From contig JAGIQG010000023.1 of NCBI GenBank assembly GCA_024679065.1, positions 9,920,001 to 9,984,000 of the forward strand: a stretch of 64,000 nucleotides of DNA, given 5' to 3'. Each line of letters starts with the position of its first letter. Positions within the stretch are counted from its first letter, which is position 1. A program made the translations under genes and the position numbers. Shown one piece after another: positions 38,626-51,700 of the stretch. The notes beneath the pieces were generated by a model, which was not told the DNA's origin, searched no databases, and saw only the letters and a program-made list of their open reading frames with translations. The stretch comes from Sphyrna mokarran. Lineage: Eukaryota.

Positions 38626-40537
38626 TTATTTTTTTTTGGGGTTTCCTCCTACAGTCTAAAGATGTGCAAACTAGGTTGATTGGCTATACTAAAACTACCC
38701 TTACTGAGTTCTCAAATGTACAGATTAGATAGCTTACTAGGGATTATGAGACTAAAGCCTAGATGGGATTATGAACTGTGCAAACTCAGCCGACGAGATG
38801 GAATAATCCAGAATTTCATCTGTTATTACATTGTTTAATAAGTCCCAACAAGGTAGGGGTGACTTATGTTATTATAGCCCTAGTCGTGTATATAGTCTTT
38901 TTCTATTGTAATAAAAAGTCTTTAATAAGTGTTACGCTACGACAGGGCTGGTTACTGTTCTCACTGGGTATCGCACATGTCTCCTTACACTGTACCTGTA
39001 GACAGTATCAGGAATCCATATTTCCAAGTTGGGATACCCTTGCACATAGCGTCAGTTGGGATCATGGCAGGAGGCAATTGATCAGGTTGGATTTGTTCTG
39101 TTTCTTCTGTACAGAACCATACCGAGGCAATTTTCTACATTGTTGGGTAGATATCAGAGCTGTACTTGGATTGGAACAGCTTGACCAGGGGCACAGCAAG
39201 TTCTGGAGCACAGGTCTTCAGTATTGTATTTGGAATATTGTCAGGACCCATAGCCTTTGCAGCATTCAGTGCTGCAAATCCATTTCTTGATATCACGTGA
39301 AGTGAATCAAATTGATTGAGGCACCTGTGATGCTGGAGACTTTTGGAGGAGACTGAGATGGATCACTGTGCCCTCCCACCCCCTACCACCTGGCAGTTCT
39401 GGCTGAAGATTATCACTTGGCGGAAGATCCCACCCAATCATTCAATTCTTCTCCATTGTTGTCAGAATTTTAATTTCGTGAATAAATCACCACAAATCTT
39501 GCAGTTGAGTCCTCTGCGTTTGGAGACATCGCAGGTGTCAGCATGCCTAGAATGCCTCATTTTGGAAGAGCAACCTGATTATTGTCTGTACATGTGACCA
39601 GGAAATGATGTAAGAACAGAGAACGCTGGACAAGCTCAGTAGCTCTGGCAGCATCTGTGGAAAATGAAACAGAGTTAACGTTTCAAATCGATATGACCTT
39701 TCTACTTGTTTAGAAGCTGCAAACACAATGAGAATCAAACAGTTTTGGCTGTTGTTTGTGTTGGGGGTTGCTCAATGTTATGTGCCCATCTGCAGGCTGT
39801 TCGCAAACTTCTGTAATGTCCATTGGTCAATAGTTGACAGCAATTTCATTACGAGCCGAAAAATCTGTCAAACATTTCCAGGAAGTTATATAAATCTTGA
39901 GCTCTGTAGAATTGATAGCTTTACTCATAACACAATTTAACTGCTGACAGCTTCTTCAATGCTTTTGGGAGAACATCATTTAGATCAGTTAAAAATTCTT
40001 TACAATATTCTTGGTATTGTTAGATTGATGTAAAGTACTTAATGAATCTTAAAACATATCTGGAATAGGAAGTTAACTGGAACACATTTTACTAATCTGC
40101 CTTATACCATCCACAATCTATATCAAAGAACATATCACATGATATTGCATCACTTCCTGTAATGATGTGCATAGTCTGGGGTTAACATATTTAGCAGGAT
40201 AGTAGCATTACTCACAGAATCTTAAAAGAAGAATAAGCACTTTATCTGGAAGGAGGATTGTTAAGCAATTATAATTAAGTCATTAACAACACAGTTGCTG
40301 GGATTCTGCCAAATAAGTTCAAAGTCCCCAATTTGCGGGAAAATGGGAGTAAGGCGCACTGATTTTTTTCACAGTAACTTCATGGCAGTGTAAGCTTACT
40401 TGTGTGACACTAATAAATAAATAAACATAAACTTCTTTACATCGCTCAGTAACCATCAAAATATTTGAGGAATCATTGAAATTATGCTAAAATGTGTTCA
40501 TTTAGGATAGAGCATTCAATCTCAGCGTCCTTTACAC

Positions 40538-41004
40538 CAGTGGTTCCCAGCCAGTGTGCTACGAAGAATCCCCAAGCGTACCATGATAAAGATATTCAGC
40601 ATTCAATTTAATTAAATTAAAACTAACTTTTATCTTCAGTTCTATGGTCAGCATCTCCAAGACCTGATGATTCTGGGCCCCCTGTGCGTGCGTCGATTGG
40701 GAAAGTGTCGCATATACACAGTTTAGATTTTTATGTATGTCGTCCCCATGTGTGTGACCAACGGGATTGAAACTGAAGGCAAAAGCCCGCACACACCAAC
40801 ACAAAAAGGAAAAACTCAAAAAAGATGTAAAAATTCTCTGGGAGAAGTGAGAGAGAGAGGATAAAACAACACAGACAAGAGGACAGAGAGAGATTAAAGA
40901 TCAAATTCCCAGAAAGGGAGAAAGACAGAGAAAATAGGAGATGTGCCACAAAATATTGTCTTGTATACAGGTGCGCTGTGAGATATAAAAATTGGGAATC
41001 ACTG
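40538..41004. mobile_element. hAT (Charlie-like) non-autonomous DNA transposon
   Basis: Terminal inverted repeats CAGTGGTTCCCA ... TGGGAATCACTG; flanking 8-mers CTTTACAC / CTACATAC partly match. Confidence 0.6.
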
Positions 41005-42855
41005 CTACATACTGTTGCAATCCGAACTCATGTTACTACTGGACAAGTCATACCCCAGCTTGATAGATCCTAATTTTTATTTGATGTTTAGACACACGAA
41101 AGACAGCTACTGAACAGTCACAGGAGTCAGTTGATGTACTTTTAACCAAAGAATAAAATATTTATTAAACAAGAAAAGATGAACTATTTTGCACTACTCC
41201 TTCACTCCAACTTTACCTTGATTGATATGTACACATTCATAATGATAACACACATTACAAAACTATTCTTTAGCAAAACAAAATTATGATAACATCAGAC
41301 GTAAACAAATATAGGAAAACTCAATCTTAGTTATACCTGTGGGTTTTCCTGTCTTTTACTGTGAGAAAGGTCCATTCTTCCATCTCATGTCAATGCATAA
41401 CTTACTATTGAGAAACTAGTTTCCATTGAATGAATAAGTCAAATATTCAATTTCTTACAGAATATTATTCATGTGTTTGGGATATCCAAAGCTTAAAAAT
41501 TAATGCAAAATATATGACAAGAGAAAGGAAACAATAGTTACCTTGTGCAGATAGAAAGAGGGTAAACAGATTAATTATTCCCAAGAAGATGACAGAGTGA
41601 TACCAACTAAAAAGTTTTAGCCATCATTTTGGTTCTTGATTCTTACCAATTTGATCCATTTTATTATGTACAAATGATTTAAATTAATGTTCAAAGCTGG
41701 GTGAATAATAAATCTTTGATCAGGAGACAAAATTCCACCAATGTAGATGTGAGCTGGGAATCGTCATTTTTCCATATTGATCGCATTGGGATCATTGGAT
41801 TCACTAAGTGACTGGAAAAGAAAATATTTCATGCATCAGATTTAAAGATGACGGAGAAAAATGCGCCATGTTTCATGTCAATTCTGAACAGGATTTTGGA
41901 ACTGGCAGAAAATTGAGACGAAGCTTGTGAGGAACTGGAGCAACGTTATCTGAGGAACTGGAGCTGCTCCCACCAACGCCATCACCCATTGCATGTGTAC
42001 TGGCAAAAGGTGCCAGCTATGTCCCTCTTGGGAATGACTACCACCATTTTCTCAAAGAGAACTAATGCTTCCCTGCAGCTGTGGCACAAATGTCAGAAAA
42101 AAACACCACTGATGTGGTAGTTTAATTAAATATATTCCACATTATCCAGACAAGCTTCCTGGTAACTGTAGTATCACTGCCTGTGTCGGAGACATTTGGT
42201 GTTCGAGTGGATCAATTTTAGTCCCATATTCTGTTTTGAAAACAATTGTCTCTGGTGTACTATGGTGATGTGCTTTTTGTTTCATCCTTCCTATTTCCTT
42301 CCTTTCTTGTAGTGATTGCTTAATAACAATGAATTGCATCATATATGGGAGCAGGAGGTCAGCTTCGGCACCCAGAAACTATCCATTAATTGAAATTTCT
42401 TCCCTGAAGAACTCAGCAAGGGATGAGTTCCATTGTATGAAGGTGTTATTGCTATGGAATGATAACTAATGTTATTTAAAAAAAAATCTTGCAGTGAATG
42501 ATGATAACATTTGATTGGGTTCCAATTCCCCTGCATTTCTGTTTCCCACCACTAACCCCCACCCCACCTTGCAATTGTTTTCTCTCAAGAATTTGAAGTG
42601 TGGCTAATAAGCTGATGTGACAAATGTGAATTTCAGATTTCAGTGAATACTTTTGTGTTCTTTCTGGGCAGAATTTGAACTGTTAAGCTTTGCAAACTAG
42701 GTTATTTTGAAATACTTCAATGAGATGCTATCTGTGGAACAAAGCAGGCAGATTATATCTGAATATAACAACAAGAGCGGCCCATTCAACACCTTCAGGC
42801 TGTTCCACTATTCAATTAGATAGCAACTAAATTCTCAATTCCATTTACTCACTAT

Positions 42856-43020
42856 TGATTTGATTTGATTCATTACTGTCACATTTATTGGTATACAGAG
42901 AAAAGTATTGTTTCTTGCGCATTAAACAGACAAAATACATCGTACATAGAGATGGAAATGAGGCAGTGTTACAGTCATAACTAGGGTGCAGAGAAAGATC
43001 AACTTATTGCGAGGTAAGGT
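42856..43020 (-). mobile_element. Rex1/Babar 3' end
   Basis: (GATTT)n tail and reverse complement of 24995-25168. Confidence 0.75.
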
Positions 43021-44343
43021 CTGTTAGCAGCAAGAAAAAAGTTGACATCTTCTATTGATTCATCTCCTGACTCAGCAAATATCCATTGATCTTAATGGTG
43101 TGAAATTTAATCAGCCCATCATGGTCGGGATGAGACTGGCCTGAATTACTATGATGGAGAGTCATTGCAAGAATGGTGGACGAGCATTGAAATTGGAAGG
43201 CACCATTTGCCATGTGTGGGGAGGGGACTGATGCTGGGCCAGGTTTCGTGCATACATAGTTGATGGAGGCAGCTGGCTATTCAACTCATCAGCTGCCTCC
43301 ACCAATGTGGTATATCGATGTGAAACCGAGTGCGAGCAAATCAGACCAGATCATATCAGTTCTGAGCTCTGTGCATTCACTTGACAAGCATTTTGGAGAG
43401 GTAAAGTACTCCTTTGAATCCAATCACTGGACACTTTTGATAAGGGCAGGTGACCATTGCGGTATGTTGTTAAAAGAAGGCATGAATGAGGCAAAATGTG
43501 TATAAAAACATTAACTGTTAAGCTAATTGAAACTGTCAACAGACCTGTCAAAACCACTTGTCAAAACTATTGAAAGAATCGGTCAAAGAGAGCTGTCAAA
43601 ACTGACAAAATGTCGTAACAGGATTGTCAAGAGCAGATTTTCAAAATGCCAAGTTGTGGAACAATTTGTTGTTTAAAGTTTTTGAAAAGAATGTTTGGAG
43701 TGATTAAAAAAACTGTTTGTCATGTGTAAATGTGTTTAGGTTGAATGGAGAATGTGGGTATTTATGGGTTGTGAATTCAGGAGTATGAGATGCCATGGAT
43801 GGAGACTAGAGGGTATTTGGAGGGCTGAGAGAGGTGAGAATGGTGAGGGGTGGGGGGCTTTCTGCTTCATTGTTCTTTTCTCAATCTTTCATACAGTGCT
43901 TGTGTACAAAAGTAGGCATTCCGGACAGCTCAGCGGTGCACCTGGACACTACAGAAATCATTCCAGGAATGACAGCCCTGACTTCTAGTCCAGTCCACAC
44001 AGAGAAAATCTCAATTTCCTGCTTTTCTCTTCCTGAATCAGGATTGTGGAGCTGGAAAATGTCCCAACTCTGCACCACTGACTTCCCCCGCCTCCAAGAG
44101 CAAAAAATCCAGGTGGCAATTCCAGATTTCCCTGCAGTTGGTGCGGAAACTGCTTCCTAATTTCACTCTTAAATAACTCTGTGCCCAATTGTCAATTCAT
44201 TAAACTCTGAACACTGGCACATGTGCAGCTTCCTCCAACTAGCGACATCATTACAATGTGTATTTTATATTTTAACTATTGTGAGAATGGTGATTCTGTA
44301 AAGGGTAAAACAAATCCTCTTATTTCAGATTAAATTCATATCA

Positions 44344-44355
44344 TTAACACGTCAC
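44344..44355 (-). CDS. Candidate terminal coding mini-exon of gene B (VTC*)
   Basis: Good acceptor (ccactttctaatttcag) followed by GTG ACG TGT TAA TGA in phase 0, 1.5 kb past the TM donor. No other support. Confidence 0.3.
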   Translation of the reverse strand: MTC

Positions 44356-44377
44356 CTGAAATTAGAAAGTGGAATAG

Positions 44378-44810
44378 ACTTGTGTTTCTTTGTGATTTTT
44401 ACCACTATCTAACATCTCTTCAGTGCTTTACAGCCAGTGAAGTATTTTTGATGTTTATTCACTGTTGCAATGTAGGAAATGCGATAGCCAATTTGTATGC
44501 AGCAAGTTCCCCCAAAATGCATCGTGTCGCTGGTCGCAGAATCAGATGTTTTAATGTCATTTGAGGATTTACCCCAGAACAGCAGGGATAATTCCTCTCC
44601 TCTTCTGGGAAAAGTGGCCTGCAGTCTTTTCAATCCACTCGAGCAGCGTGATGGGGCCCGAGAGTTCCAAGTCTCGCCTCAAAGACGGCACCAATGACAG
44701 TGTGGCACTCTCTCAGTACTGCCTTGGATTGTCAGCTTTTGGTTTTTGCCCCCAGAGTAAGTGAACCTTGTGACGCAGAGGGGACAGCGCTACCAACAGA
44801 GCCACAGCTG
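44378..44810 (-). mobile_element. Deu-domain SINE (SacSINE1/AmnSINE1-like)
   Basis: tRNA-like head (TGGCTCTGTTGGTAGC) on the minus strand and CAGTACTGAG...CACACTGTC...GGTGCCGTCTTT core. Confidence 0.6.
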
Positions 44811-45798
44811 ATACACAAGTTGTAATTAAAGAGGTCAGTTATTCCAGAAAGTAAGAGTGATTTGGGTCCTCACTAGATTTTTTTCATAATGTATGAATAT
44901 TCACATGGCTAACTTCTAAAATTTGAAAAAGTGGACAACCTCTATTCAGAATGGCCAAACCTATATCTCTCTATGACCTGATTAAAAGGACCTTTTTGGC
45001 AGTATCAAAACCATTTCATCTTGTTATCTCTGAAGTGACCCTAAGGAATCCCAGTGAGCTGCATTGTCCAAATTCAAGGGGAACCATATAAAGACCATTC
45101 AAGCTTCTTAAGACAGACCTAAGACACTCTTCATCAGAGTCAAAGTGGAGAGATGGGAATCATAAAACACTGCCATTCCTCCCCCATCCATGCCCCCACT
45201 CCACCCATTCCCCCTTGGTGCTGGAAGTAGTAATATTACCTTGCGAGACTGCCATCATTCCATCTACCAAGCAGTAGTATCCCAGTAAAGCTTTTCTGTC
45301 TGGGCTTGACTACCAGGACCCATCTACACTGTATCTAGTGGAAAAAAATGTATCACTTCAGGGACAGCTGAGGATCAATCTTTGCTCTCAGATAGTCTAA
45401 AGATGGTGTTGGAAGAGCTGTCTCTGAATATTTTCGAGGTAGGGGTTGCTAGGTTCTTGGTAAGCAAAACAGGTGAAATGTTATTTGGGGCAGTTTGGAA
45501 TGTGGAGTTGAGAATACAGTCTGATTATCCATGATCTTATTGATGGTGGAGCAGGCTTGAGGGCGGAATGGCCAACTTCTGATTCTAATTTATATCTTTA
45601 TATGTATGCATATTCATATGAATAAGGAATCTACTTGATTTTCCTACTTGACATCAGTAATGACTGAAAACAAACTCATTATTGGCTGGAAAATATTTTG
45701 ATTCATGCTGACAACATGAATGGATTTATATAAATGAAGTTTTTCTTTACAATATCTGTGATCAATATCTTTGAAAGAATTGGTAGAGGTGGAACAAT

Positions 45799-48700
45799 TC
45801 AGGTGATGTTCATAGCACCTACCTTAGATTTTTCTGTATACCATGTGACGGTAACAGCACAAATCACCAAGAGAGTAAAGAGCCCCCAACAAATCAGATT
45901 CCAGGTAACGTAACTGAACAAAATGGTAGAAATACAAAGTCATTTGCAGGAAATGAGAATTCATCATGTTTGAAGCATTAAGCTGCTATTTTGCTATACA
46001 GGTTGAATTTATTCATAAGGCCATGCATTCTCAATCTTGTCCCTTGCCTAAGGTATGATGGTCTTCAGGTAAAATGACCACCAGTCAGCTCCCCTTCAAA
46101 GGGAGGTCATCTGAGACTATCATAGCTTTACCTTTAATCAAGATGAGTAATGATAACAGCATCATCTGAAGGAGACCAAACTGGAAACATTCACTTCTTC
46201 CTCTCATTTCCCAGCACCCTAAATTGCTCCTTCATTGGGAGGATTAGAACATCATGACCCAATTCCTGTCACCATTTCTATTCTGATAAATTCTGCTCTG
46301 AAGCAGTGAATTATTAGAAACAATTAAGCTAAAACTCGGTACCATTGATTCTCATTTGAAAAGCAATGCCAATAAAACAGCTACAATGGGAACCTTGTAC
46401 CTTTCACTGGTGAATGTAGATCCCGAAGATGTGGTTAATGTTACTGTTGATATGGTTTTAAAATCTTCACAAGAATATTCACGTCCTATTGAGACAGAGG
46501 GAATACATTTAGATTTATCCGATTCTCACCCAGTCAACTAAGAAAGCATTCTGCTCAAATAGAACCTCAGTATTTGGGAGGATGGATTTGGGTGTTTTAA
46601 CTATTTCCTTTCTGGTAGCAAGAAAATGACATGTACCAGAGACCCATTTTGCTGCTGATTTCTTATTCATCCCATATTTGAGAGTTGTTGGTATAACAAT
46701 AGTGGGTCTCTGTGCCGTAAGTTCCCCTTTCCGCCTCAGCTGTTTTCCTGGAGGATTTCAATCTGTCCTGTCCACCATACCATGATCTCATCACTGCATT
46801 ATGCCGGGGGGCCATATTTAAACTGCAGCCATGTGCGCACCTCAGTGAGTCCAATTGTCTGAAGACATTGGCCCTGTACTGCCGTGTGTACTGAACTCCA
46901 TTGCTGATGTTGGATTTGACAATGCAGGCACAGACACTCCCCTAGCCAGCCCTGCAAAACTACACCGTTCACATGAACCATGCCGGAGACTGATCCCAAC
47001 CTGAATGAAGACATTGCAAAGGGGGTGCGAGTGCATGATTGTTCCATGGCAAAGATTCATAAGGCGATTGTACCACTGGCCCATCATTCTATTGTTCTGG
47101 AAACTGCCTCCCTCAAAACATTTATTAATTTTGTAGTCTGTGCCTGAGGGGTAAAAAGTTCAGGAGCATTTGATGGCCCGTTCATGCCTCTGCATTCCTT
47201 GAGTGGGAAGATAAGCTAAAGGTCCGAGCATAAAATTGAAGTTTTAATCACAAGTAGGCTTACATTAACAATGCAATGGTAAACTAATGGGGCTGAAGGT
47301 AGATAAGTCCCCGGGACCGGGTGGAATGCATCCCAGGCTTCTGAAAGAAATGGCAAAGGTGATAGCAGATGTCTTTGTAATTATTTATCAAAATTCACTG
47401 GACTGCGGGGAAGTGCCGGAAGATTGGAAAACAGCTAATGTTATGCAGCTGTTTTTAAAAGGTAGCAGATAAAAGGCAGGGAATTATAGGCTAGTTAGTT
47501 TAACGTCTGTCGTTGGAAAAATGCTTGAATCGGTGATCAAAGAAGAAATAGCGAGGCACCTAGAAAAGAATGGTTTGATCAAGCAGACGCAACACGGATT
47601 CATTAAGGGGAAATCGTGTTTGATGAATTTATTGGATTTCTATGAGGATGTGACTATTGCGGTAGATAGAGGAGAACTGGTGGATGTGGTGTTTTTAGAT
47701 TTCCAAAAGCTGTTTGAGGAGATGCCTCACAAAATATTGCTGCAAAGGTTAGGATGCGAGGAGTTGGGGGTAAGGTATCAGCATGGATAGAGGATTAGTT
47801 GTTTAATAGGAAGCAGAGGGTAGGAATCAATGGGTGCTATTCTGGTTGGCAGTTGGTGACTAGTGGAGTGCTGCAGGGATCGGTGTTGGGGCCTCAACTG
47901 TTTACCATATACATAGATGATCTGGAGGAAGGGGCTGAGTGTAGGGTAACAAAATTTGCTGATGACACGAAGATAAGTGGAAAAGCAAATTGCGTGGAGG
48001 GTGTGGAAAGTCTGCAGAGAGATCTGGATAGGTTGAGTGAGTGGGCGAGGACTTGGCAGATGGAGTATAATGTTAGCAAGTGTGAGGTTATCCACTTTGG
48101 TAGAAGTAATATTAGGAGGGATTATTATTTAAAAGGCGAAAAGCTGCAGCATGCTACGGTGCAGAGGGACCTGGGGGTCTTTGTGCACGAATTGCAAAAA
48201 TACAGTCTGCAGGTGTAGCAGGTAATCAAGAAGGCAAATGGAATATTGACCTTTATATCTAGGGGGATAGAACATAAAAGTAGGGGGGTCTTGTTGCAAC
48301 TGTACAGTGTGCTGGTGAGGCTGCAGCTGGAGTACTGTGTGCAGTTTTGGTTGCCACATTTGCAGAAGGATATATTGGCCTTGGAGGGAGTGCAGAGAAG
48401 GTTCACGAGGCTGTATGCCAGAGATGAGAGGGTTAGCCTCTGAAGAGAGATTGAGTAGACTAGGTTTGTACTCATTGGAGTTTAGAAGGCTGAGGGAGGA
48501 TCTTATAGAGACAAATAAGATAATGAAGGGGATGGATAGGGTAGAGGTAGAGAGAATCCTCCTGCTTAGAAAAGATAACAGGACTAGAGGGCACTGCCTT
48601 AAAAGGGGGGGGGGAGGAGTTTAGATTGGAGTTGAGGAGGAATTTCTTCATTCAAAAGGTGATGAATCTTTGGAATTCTCTGCCCATTGAAGTGGTGGAG

Positions 48701-51700
48701 GCTACCTCACTGAATATATTAAGGTACGGGTAGATAGGTTTCTGATAGACAAAGGAATTAAGGGTTATGGGGAGAAAGCGGGAAAGTGGAATCGATCCAC
48801 TTCAAATCAGCCGTGACCTTTTTGAATGGCGTGGCAGGCTTGAGGGCTAGATGGCCTACTCTTGCTTCTATTTCTTACGTTCTTATGTACTGTAAAAACC
48901 CCCTAGCCACCACACTCCGGCATCTGTTTGGGTACATTGAGGGAAAAGTTAGCAAGGCCAGTACATTGAACCAGAATGTCTTTCGGACTGGGGATGGGGG
49001 GAAACCAAAGCACCGCACAGACAATCTGGAAATTGAACCAGGGTCCCTGGAGCTGTGAAGCAGCTGTGCTAACCACTATGCCACCATGCACGTCAATGGA
49101 GCTGTGATGAACTGTGGAATAACGCTCACTTACACAGAATTACAGAATCCCTATTGAAAGTAGGAGCATGTGTTAGTCAATATATCTGAAAAATTAGTTT
49201 GAAACTCTAGTGTATATTTACTATTTCCATGATTTACTGAAAGTATTTGAAAATCTTCAATTCCAACTGTGAGAGGTAAGCTGTTAGCTGCTAGGAGGCA
49301 CCCCAAGAATAAAATCAACTAAGATCAAATTCCCAGGCAGGACATTACAAGTGTTAGATCTCAAGGTCAATAAAAATAATCTGGCATTGTTTCCCAATTT
49401 ATCTGACAACCAGATGGTCTATAGATAACATAATAAGGCAACATTACAGCTTGAACAAAGGATTTGTTTGTCTGCCGAACCTTTCTAACTTGAGAGAATT
49501 CATCTAATTCTAGAGGCCTTGGACATGGGGAGGATAATTGGTATCCCCAAGTCAGACACAAGTTGTTATGTTAAGGACAAATTGTAGCCAGTAGTAAATC
49601 AGACTCGACAGCACGTATCAGCATTGAGTATAGAGATTGACGGGTGATGCTGATGGAACCTTAGTTAGGTCTCATTTAGAATATTGTGAACAAATCTGGT
49701 CGCCACACTACAAGAAGGATGTGGATGCTTTGGATAGGGTATAGAAGAGTCCACCAGAGTGTTGCCTGGTCTGCAGGGTATTAGCTATGAGGAGAGGTTG
49801 GATAAACTCAGTTCGTTCTCACTGGAATGATGGAGGTTGAGAAGGTAACTTGATAGAGATCTACAAGATTGTGAGTGGCATGCTCAGAGTAGATAGTCAG
49901 ATGCTCTTTCCTAGGGTAGAAAAGTCAAGTACTAGGGACATAGGTTTAAGGTGAATGGGGAAATGTTTAGAGGAGATATGCGAGGCAAGTTTTTTACATA
50001 GAGGGGAATAAATGTGCGGAATGCGCTGCCTGAGGAGGTGATGGGAGCAGGTACAATAACGTCATTTAAGGGACAACTAGACAAGTACATGAATAGGATC
50101 AGAATGGAAGGATATAGATTTTGTAAGTGCAGACAGTTTTAGTTCAGTCTCACTCACCTTAAACCTGTGTCCCCTAGTACTTGACTTTTCTATCCCAGGA
50201 AAGACATCTGACTATCTACTCTGTCCATCATGATCGGTGCATGCTTAGAGGACCAAAGGGCCTGTTCTTATGCTGCATTTTTCTTTGTTCTTTATTCATT
50301 TACACTGAATGGATATTATACTCAAGTAGGCATGCACATGTTGTGATTGATCAATTGTGTTTGTACTGTAGGCATGATGTAAACCTAATCGATAGTTGTG
50401 AGTGGATATAGATAACTCCTGTTTCAATATACATCTTTTCACTGGTGTCTGCCAGTTTCTTATAACTGGATTATGTCCATAATTGTTTGAATCATTCTTG
50501 AATCAGAACTTTTACCCTTTATACCACTATTTGGAACACTGGGATTAGTCCACACTATAATTCATAATGAAGTCCTTGTTTGAAACTCCCAGAGTCTTCA
50601 TCAGGTTTTTTCGAGAATGAGAGAGTGAAGTTCATGATAGCCAAACAGCTGTGCTTTCTCCCTAATACTTACAGTACAGAAGGAGGCCATTTGATCCGAC
50701 TATAGTTTGCACAGACCCTCCAACAGATCATGTTTCCCAGGTCCACCCCCATCCATATCGTCATAACCCTACACATTTACCCTGCTAATCTCTCTAACCT
50801 TCACATCTTGGGACACGAAGGGGTAATTTAGCATGGCCAATCCACCTAACCTGTACATCTTTGGAGTGGAAGCAGAGGAAGGTAGAGCCCCAGCTGAAGC
50901 AGAACCCAAGGGGGAATCTGTATCAGTGACTTTGCGACACAGCCAAAAGGTCTCCAATTTGGTTCATACAAATAAGTCTGGTCCTGCCTTAGACTGATTT
51001 TAAGCCAATCACCAGGTTGGGAGTGCTGGGGGGTAAACCAGACTTGAGGGGGGAGGGATATTACGATGACCATGAAGGACAGAGGGGATTGTCAGTAGAT
51101 CTCCCTGAATTCCACAACCGAGCGAATGGCAGTTCACCCAATGGGAAAGGAGCAGCAGGGGATTTCAGTACAGGTGCCTCTACCTGGACTATTGCTATGT
51201 AGATCTTCGGGCTTTGACTTGTGTCGATAGTGTTGTTGGTGGAAGATTGGCCTTGAACAGATTATTACACATATGTCAACAAATCGTGAAATTGCAAAGA
51301 AGTGTTGTTTTGCAACTACACGCTAGCTGTTTCCTTCCAAAAATCCAAAAAATATTTAAATGTCTTGACAACTTGTCATTTCCACTTTATCCATTTGTTT
51401 CGCACATTCATGTCTATTCTTAACAGTCAGCAGTCCCTGACCTCACCCGAACAGCTATTGCAGCTTTTTCAGAAGGATACCAAGCTTCTTTAAATAATAC
51501 CAGCAATTTTACACCTTTTCTTCAAATGCCTAAAGCCCATGGATCATGACTTGGAAATCCCAGTGATGAAAAATTTGAAGCCAGCCACACCTTTTTCACT
51601 TTTAACTGCCTCCACTGACCGCAAATATGCAAGTACAACAATCTGTTCTGCTCGCTCTGCCACTCCCATAGCACAGTGGTTAGCACTGCTGCCTCACAGC

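Noticed and set aside
38778-39290. 170-aa plus-strand ORF
   Set aside because: Spans a SINE tail and a decayed antisense LINE fragment; no coherent protein features.
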